Program-made: the position numbers and the translations under genes
The notes under the pieces: generated by a model
The model's database searches: none
What the model saw: only the letters and a program-made list of their open reading frames with translations
What the model was told of the DNA's origin: nothing
Part shown: one piece after another, positions 40,401 to 48,975 of the stretch
Layout of the letters: each line of letters opens with the position of its first letter
How positions within the stretch are numbered: position 1 is the first letter of the stretch
From: Octopus bimaculoides
Taxonomy: Eukaryota
DNA: 64,000 nucleotides
Assembly: GCF_001194135.2 (NCBI RefSeq)
Contig: NC_068982.1
Span: 98,880,006-98,944,005, forward strand
Reading direction: 5' to 3'

Positions 40401-43400
40401 ATGATGATGATATTGAATGTCAAACTGAACGAATGGTTGATGTAATATCAGGTTGAGTAAAAAGTAAGCAGTGTTTTGAACCACGAGGAATTTGTACCAG
40501 ATTTTTGCAGAGTTTTGAATTTTTTTAAACAATTTTTGAAATTGTCTGATAATACAGACATAGAATTGCCCAAATGCATCAATAAATTAAGGTTGATATT
40601 TTTTTCACTGTTGTTACAATAATCTGAAATGAAACTGTTAAAGCGCGATATTCAAGTAATTTTGCTATTCAACTTCAAAAAAGGATGCAAAGCAGCTGGA
40701 ATGGCTCGTGATATCAATGAAACGTTTGGTGAGGAAATGAGGAAATGAGTGGTCAGCTTGAAAATGGTTTTAACAATTTCTCAATGAAGACCCAAACCTT
40801 GGAGATTGCGAGCGTGGTGGACACTCATTTGTCATCAATGACCATCAAATACAGACTGTCATGTAAAGCCACTTGAAAACTGGGAAAAGAATTTCAAGTT
40901 AGCCAGAAAACTGCCTGCAGCTATTTGCATGTAATTGGAAAATCAAAAACCTTGACAAATGGGTACCACATGATTTGAATGAAAATCAGAAAATGTGCAG
41001 ATATGGAATTTGCTCATCACTTCTTCTCCATAACCAGACCGATCCATCTCTTGACCGTATTGTAATTTGCGATGAAAAGTGGACTCTGTACAATAATAAA
41101 AAACGTTCTTCACAGTGCTTGGACCAAAATAAAGCACCAAAAAACTTCCCTAAACTCGAGCTCTTCAAAAAGGTTATGGTGTCTGTTTGGTGGTGTACTG
41201 TTGGACTCATCCACTGTAACTTCTTAAAACCTGGAAAAAACCATTACTGCAGAAACATATTGCCATGAAATTGCCAAAATGAAAGTAAAACTGCTACTCC
41301 TCCATCCCAGATTGGTCAACAGAAGAGGGCCATTCATTCTTCATGACAATGCTGGAACACATGTTTCACTACTGACGCTCCAGAAGTTGAGGGAACTTGG
41401 TTACTAAGTTCTTCCCCACCCAGCTTATTCCCCAGACCTTTCTCCTACTGCCTACCACTTTTTCAAGCACCTTGCTGGTTTCCTGTGAGAGAATTGATGC
41501 TGAAAATGTATTCATAGAGTTCATCAGCTGCAGAACTCCAGATTTTTATGTTACCGGAATAAGCGAACTTGTAACTCGTTGGTGAAAATGTGTTGATTGT
41601 AATGGTACTTAGTTTGATTAATAAAACTTCCGCATTGTTGAAATATATTGTGATGAATTTCCTGTTTCAAAACGTTGCTTACTTTTTACTCAGCCTTACA
41701 GTTTGTTGGTTCACATTTTCAACTCCAAACATATTTTCAGCCTCAAACATAAGTTGTGAAGTGAGACACTTAAAAACAATAATCCGTGGTTTTCTTTTTT
41801 TATAGGATAGATAGATATCAGAAGGGCATCTAATTGTTCCAATAAATCTGAAAATGAGAAAGACAGTTCAGATCCTCACACATATATATCAACAAACAAT
41901 AGTTGTGCTGTATAAAACTGTCACATAAATGAAACGTAGATTTACCACTAAAAACAATATGCATTTGTCCTAGTTGAAGTTTTCTTCTGTTCTTTTATAT
42001 TTGCTGCATAGAAAACCTGATGAGTAAAATATAGTACAATATAGCATGGCATAGCATGGCATAGCATAGCATAGCATAGCATAGCATAGCATAGCATAAT
42101 ATAGTACAATATAGCATAGCATATTGGTATAGTAATAGTTGAATGATAATTTATTTGATGAGTATTAGACCACTGAAATGAGTAAGAAGGATTAGTCAAA
42201 TAAATCAACATCAGTGCTTGGCTGGTACTTTATTTTATTGGCATTTGGAATCAGAACATGAAGAGCTGGAATAAATATTACAAGGCATTTTGTCCAGTGC
42301 TCCAATAATTTTTGGCAGATCCTCTGAGTCTGATCGGTTAGGATGAGAGAAGAAACCTGAACTTATAAGTTACTGCAGTAGGATGCAGGACATGAAGCTA
42401 TCAATTCTTCCTCGGGCAAGAGACTCATCAAATTTTACAAAAGCAATATATTTTAACTCATGCTATGTAATATCATTAGACTTCAGCTGCAGAGGCACTG
42501 AAAGGAATCTCACAAGATTTAAACTGAAGAACTGCAAAGTATTTACCACAAGGTTTGCTCTGAAGCCCTTACTTTGGCAATACTAATTTTGTTTAGATAT
42601 ACCTAAAGTAAAGAAGGTTTGTTAGTCATATTATCACGATGTTACAGAAATACTGTAATGTAGTAAATCTCTCTGTCTGTCTAACTTTGTTTTGTTAGTA
42701 AGCCAGTCTTGCAGTAAGGTCAGCAGTAATGTCTAATTTGTTTGTAACCCAGCTTGGATAGTTCTCAGATAGTTCTATCCTATGGTAGTCTTAACTGTTA
42801 AACTTCAGCCATCGAACTACGAATGGGAAGAATGCAGTGGTTTGTCAATCATAGTTTGTCACTTACTCTATCTTCAGTGGACCTTCAATGTTTATGGTTC
42901 TGACCCGAGAAGATGCTGTCTATGGATTTAGACAGTTATTGGGACCTGTTGACCCACTAGAAGCCAAACAGATAGATCCAAATTTGTAAGTACTGTGTTT
43001 ATAGTTGATTGTATTAACAAAATTGTATTTTAAATATTTATTAGTGCAAGTTCCATTAGAATGTATGGTGTTACAAGTTGAAAAAAAAAAGAGTAGTGCC
43101 CATAGCTTTTGCACTTCTCTCCTGATATATGTTAGTCAGATTAACTCTTGGTAAAATAAATACTTGTATGAGCCCTTTCTGTGATCCTTCAAAAAGGATA
43201 AAAATCTACAGGATCTACTGGAGAGTTCCCTTTCTCCCCTAGACACACCCATTCATATACTCTGACCTTGATTCTTGACTTGTCCCCTCATCTTCCATAC
43301 AATTACTCTAATGGGCCACCAAAGTCTATGATCAACATCATTTAGCTCTTTGGTTGTACTTCCCCTAATCAAACATACTGCATAATTTGCAGGGCTCTGT

Positions 43401-43910
43401 GATGCATTGTACATAGGTGAAAAAATGTATATGATTAATTCCCTTCAATTGTCAAGCAGTTACCATCTATTTTTATTACAGTAATCCCTTGCCATATCAG
43501 GGTTCACTTATCACGGTTCACCTATTATGGTTTATTATTTAAGCTTATGTTGATTCCTCTGTGGTGTTGTTTTGCATTTATAATAAAAAAAAAATGCAGT
43601 ACGGTACTGTTTCTACTGTGGATTTTCACCTATCACTGGGGGTGGTTTGGAATGTAACACCCATGATAGTCGAGGGATTACTGTATTTTTTTTTTACTTT
43701 ATTTTAAATTACTAGAGTATTTGAAAATTATTTATAAATTATCTCGTTTGCACCATTTATCATTTATTGTTAGGTACAGACATGGCCATATGGTTGAGAG
43801 GTTCAGTCCCCAACCATATGATTTTGGGTTCTGTTCCATTGGATGGCACTATGGGCGAGTGTTTTTTATTATAGCCTTGTGAGTGGATTTGGTAGACAGA
43901 AAGAATCTTG

Positions 43911-43956
<46 letters not shown>

Positions 43957-46544
43957 ATGTGTGCGTGCGTGCGCGCGTTTCTGTCTCTTTGTCTTGATAG
44001 TGTGTGATAGTTGTAAGCAGCGTCGCCATCATACACGTAGTGTCATTCATTTCTGGTCATCCATGAAAGCATAGTTGGCCATGAAGAAAAATTACCTCGC
44101 TCAGGATCAGATGAGAGTAAGCAGTAAGTGTATCTGACGATAGAAAATTCCATTTGATTCATGCAGGCATGGAAAAATGAATGTTTAAAAGATGATGATG
44201 ATGATGTTCTTTGATTGTATAATCTACATTGTTGTTGTCATTTAGCTCCAGGCCAGTTTGATAAAACTAGTCTAAGACCAAAGCTGTAATCATACTACTT
44301 TCTCATATAGACTGTGTTTCAAATTTTCTTATTTTATTTAAAAAACTACTTGTTGAAATTCAACAAAATTTCCACAGAATGATGGCAACAGTTATATGTG
44401 TGTGGTGTGTAAAAAACACGAGGTTTTGCACAAGTGTAAACAAACTGGGGCCATTTGCATGATTTCCATGAGCTTTCAGTGTTCTAAATTATCAATGAGT
44501 GGTCTGACAATCGTGTGGAGGTGCAATGGACCAGTGGTCAGGGCAGCAGACTCGCGGTCGGAGGATCCCGGTTTCGATTCCCAGACCGAGTGTTGTGAGT
44601 GTTTATTGAGCAAAAACACCTAAGCTCCACGAGGCTCCAGCAGGGGGTGGTAGTGAACCCTACTGTACTCTTTCGCCCCAACTTTCTCTCACTCTTTCTT
44701 GCTGTTTCTTGAGTAATGCTGCGATGGACTGGCGTCCCATCCAGCTAGGGGGAACACATACACCAGAGAAACTGGGAAACCGGGCCCATAAGCCTGGCTA
44801 GGCTTTGAAAGGGCGAAATGAATGACAATCGTGTAATTATGGGTTGTAAATGTGACTTAACTGCTTCAGAGAAATCTGTTATTACTTCTGAACTTGCAAA
44901 AGGTAAATCAACATTAGAAATATTTAAAATAATTGGAAGATGTCATCAATTTATGAAAAAATTTGTTACAGCTCTTACAAAGATATGTATGAAAGCCAAC
45001 AAAGGTTAGTTGAGAGCTATTTCTCAATGTTCTCTGTCACGAATTAAGCATGAAGCTGTAAAGAACCCAGGTCTTACAAGTGGAGAACTTTTCAAGTGCA
45101 TTGGTGAAACAACTGTGTCCTGAACTACCTGATGTCATCTTCTGGAAAAAGTCAGTAAACCAGTGATATCAGTTAAAAGGCCACTTTTAAACCAAATATA
45201 CATACAAAATCACCTAAAATGGACAGAAGATAACATGAAGGTCAACTTTGCAAAAGTTTTGTTTACGGACAAAATTTGTGCTGCTCTTGATGGACCTGAT
45301 GGTTGGGGCAAGGGATGGGTTGTAAATGGATGAAATTGTCATCAACACTTGAGATGCCAACAAGTGGAGAAGAGGTATCGTGATTTGAGCAGGTATTATT
45401 GGCGGTATTATGGTTGGTCCTTGGAAAGAGCCTGATGGTGTTAAAATGACCATGGATGCTTACATAGCCTTTCTGAGGGAGCACCTTGAAACTTGGTTAA
45501 AAAAGCAAAGGACCACCTTCAAGACAACCATAATATTCATGCAAGATAATGTGCCCTTGCACTCAGCAATGGAAACTACAGAGTATCTTCAACAATTAGG
45601 CTTCTGTGGATCTTGGAAGATGATGTGGCCTGCCTGTTCTCCCAACTTAAACTCAATAGAAAAACTTGTGGAATATTCTAAGGCAATGAATTTACCAGAA
45701 TGGATGCCACTTTAGGAGCAAGAATGAACTGTGGCAGGTGATAGTGGATGTATCTCATGATATAACATCAGAGGAGATCCAAAAACTAGCATTTTCCATG
45801 GACCTGCGCCTTTTCCAACTTATTTCAAACAAAGGCTCATATATCACTTACCAGTTCAGCTATCATTTCTTCCATATTTATGACTGTATGTGCTCATTTT
45901 GGTATGTACATCAAACAATTAAATTAGTATTTTCTTGTTTACACAAGTTTTAATTGCACCTCACTAATAATTTGAAACAGTGAAAGTTTACATAAATTTG
46001 GGAAATAGCTGTAGTTTATGTGTTGTTTTACAGAACCTCACATTTTTTACATGCCACATGTATAGAACTGTTACCATCATTCTATAAAAATTTTGTTGAA
46101 TTCCAACAAACAGTTTTTAAATAGAATAAAAAAGATGTTATGTCATTAATATGAAATGCAGTGTAGATAGGGAAATCTATAACATAATATCCAACTTGAC
46201 CTTTATTTGAAGATGGTTAGGTGTAATTTGAGGGATATTTAGCTACTATTTCTGGCAGGTTGAGTGATCATGTAGAGGATTTAATCAATATGTTAATCAA
46301 GTGACTTGCTTCAACTAATGGGCTTTTATATTTTTCCACCACTTTTAATTGTCTACAGCTTGTTGATTTTCTACAATGTGGAATTTTGTTGTCTGAGGAA
46401 GTGTTCACATGTGGAAACTCGGAGTAATAGCACAAGTGACATCTTGGCTCAGGGCTATAGAAGGCACTTGCCCAACGTGCAGTGTAGTGGGACTGAATTC
46501 AAGAGTACATGATTAGGAAGTAAACATCTTAACCACAAAGCCAT

Positions 46545-46588
<44 letters not shown>

Positions 46589-46743
46589 GAGTGGCTGTGT
46601 GGTAGGTAGCTAGCTTACCAACCACATGGTTCTGGGTTCATCCCCACTGCGTGGCACCTTGGGCAAGTGTCTTCTACTATAGCCTCGGGCTGACCAAAGC
46701 CTTGTGAGTGGATATGGTAGACAGAAACTGAAAGAAGCTCGTC

Positions 46744-46777
<34 letters not shown>

Positions 46778-47088
46778 ATATGTTTGTGTGTCTGTGTTTG
46801 TACCTCCCAACATCACTTGACAACCGATGGTGGTGTGTTTATGTCCCCGTAACTTAGCGGTTCGGCAAACGAGAACAATAGAATAAGTACTAGGCGTCCA
46901 AAAAGAATAAGTCCTGGGGTCGATTTTCTCGACTAAAGGCGGTGCTCCAGCATGGCCGCAGTCAAATGACTGAAACAAGTAAAAGAGTAAAAGATTATAT
47001 ATATTGGGGCTATTTAAATAGCCCCAATGTAATCGGTAGAACTGTATGCAAGTCTTATTTCATGAAGACAATTTGTGTATAGTTCTGC

Positions 47089-47130
<42 letters not shown>

Positions 47131-48724
47131 TAGTACTGCATATACAATTCTGTAATCACGAGTAAGTTGGTAGATGGAAACTTTAAGAAACCTGTCATGT
47201 GTGTGTGTGTGTGTGTAAAATTATGTTTAGGAATCACTAAATGTACATATTTATGGAAAGATTCTGATAATCCAACTAATGAAGTGAATCTATTTCATAG
47301 ATTCCGAGCACAATTTGGGACAGACATAATGAAAAATGCACTGCATGCAAGTTCCAGCTCTCTGAAAGTACAACTATTAAAAAACATAGTATTTGGACCT
47401 GATACATGTAAGTCAATCTTTATTATTACAAACAGCACAGAACATTTGTCATTGTACTTTCCATCAAATTGCATTTCAGTTGGATAAATTTTTTTTTATC
47501 TTATATTACACCATACATCATGTCTTGAATAATCACATCAGTACATGCACCAAAAAAAAAAATGCTGTATGCCACTACATTACATCAAACTGTGGAGGCG
47601 CAATGGCCCAGTGGTTTGGGCAGCGGACTTGCGGTCATAGGATCGCGGTTTCGATTCTCAGACCGGGTGTTGTGAGTGTTTATTGAGCGAAAACACCTAA
47701 AGCTCCACGAGGTTCCGGCAGGGGATGGTGGCGACCTCTGCTGTACTCTTCTACCACAACTTTCTCTCACTCTTACTTCCTGTTTCTGTTGTGCCTGTAA
47801 TTCAAAGGGCCAGCCTTGTCACACTGTGTCACGCTGAATATCCCCGAGAACTACGTTAAGGGTACACGTGTCTGTGAAGTACTCAGCCACTTGCACGTTA
47901 ATTTCACAAGCAGGCTGTTCCGTTGATCAGATAAACTGGAACCCTCAACGTTGTAAGTGACGGAGTGCCAACAACAACATACATTATACTATTTCACATA
48001 TGCCACACCACTTACCACATCATACTTTCATAATACCACACTTCTTTTTATCATAAACTGTACTTCAGCTCATTTCACATTACATCATCCCATCATAAAC
48101 GCTAACAAGTCAGACTTGATCTGCTTGGAATAAAATAACAGCTAAACTTCTCTCAAGTAACACATCTTCAAAAACGAAAGACACATTCGATACTGTAGTC
48201 CTAGGTAGAATAAGTGAATAAAAAAAACAAAAACAGGCAAAATGGTTATGGCTAGAATTCCATTGATAATAGAACCCTGAAGGTGCATAGCTCAGTGGTT
48301 AGAGCATTGGGCTCACAATCATGAAGTAGTGAGTTCAATTCCCGGACTAGGCTGTGTTGTGTTCTTGAGCAAGACACTTTATTTCACATTACTCCAGTTC
48401 AGTCAGCTCCAGAGGTGAGTTACGATATCACTATGGTCAAGCTATATCAGACTTTGCCTTTCACTTGGATGACAGTGGTAGCATGGAAAGGAGAAGCTGG
48501 GATGAATAGAAGACTACTGACCTCCCATAAGCAACCTTGTCAACACCTCAAATGTAATGTTTCTTCCCCGAAGATGGAAGCTTGCTTACCTGATGATGGA
48601 ATCAATTTATTACCATTATTTCGAACAATTGAGCCCCAAGAAAGAGCTGTTGGATTTCTAACACTATTCTTCAACTCTTTAATTCTTGATATCATTTCTA
48701 TTCTGTGTTAGTTGCACCTTCTTA

Positions 48725-48762
<38 letters not shown>

Positions 48763-48803
48763 TATATATATATATATACAAATATATACATATGTATATA
48801 CAT

Positions 48804-48838
<35 letters not shown>

Positions 48839-48845
48839 CACACAC

Positions 48846-48876
<31 letters not shown>

Positions 48877-48903
48877 CACATATATATACATACACATATA
48901 TAT

Positions 48904-48975
<72 letters not shown>

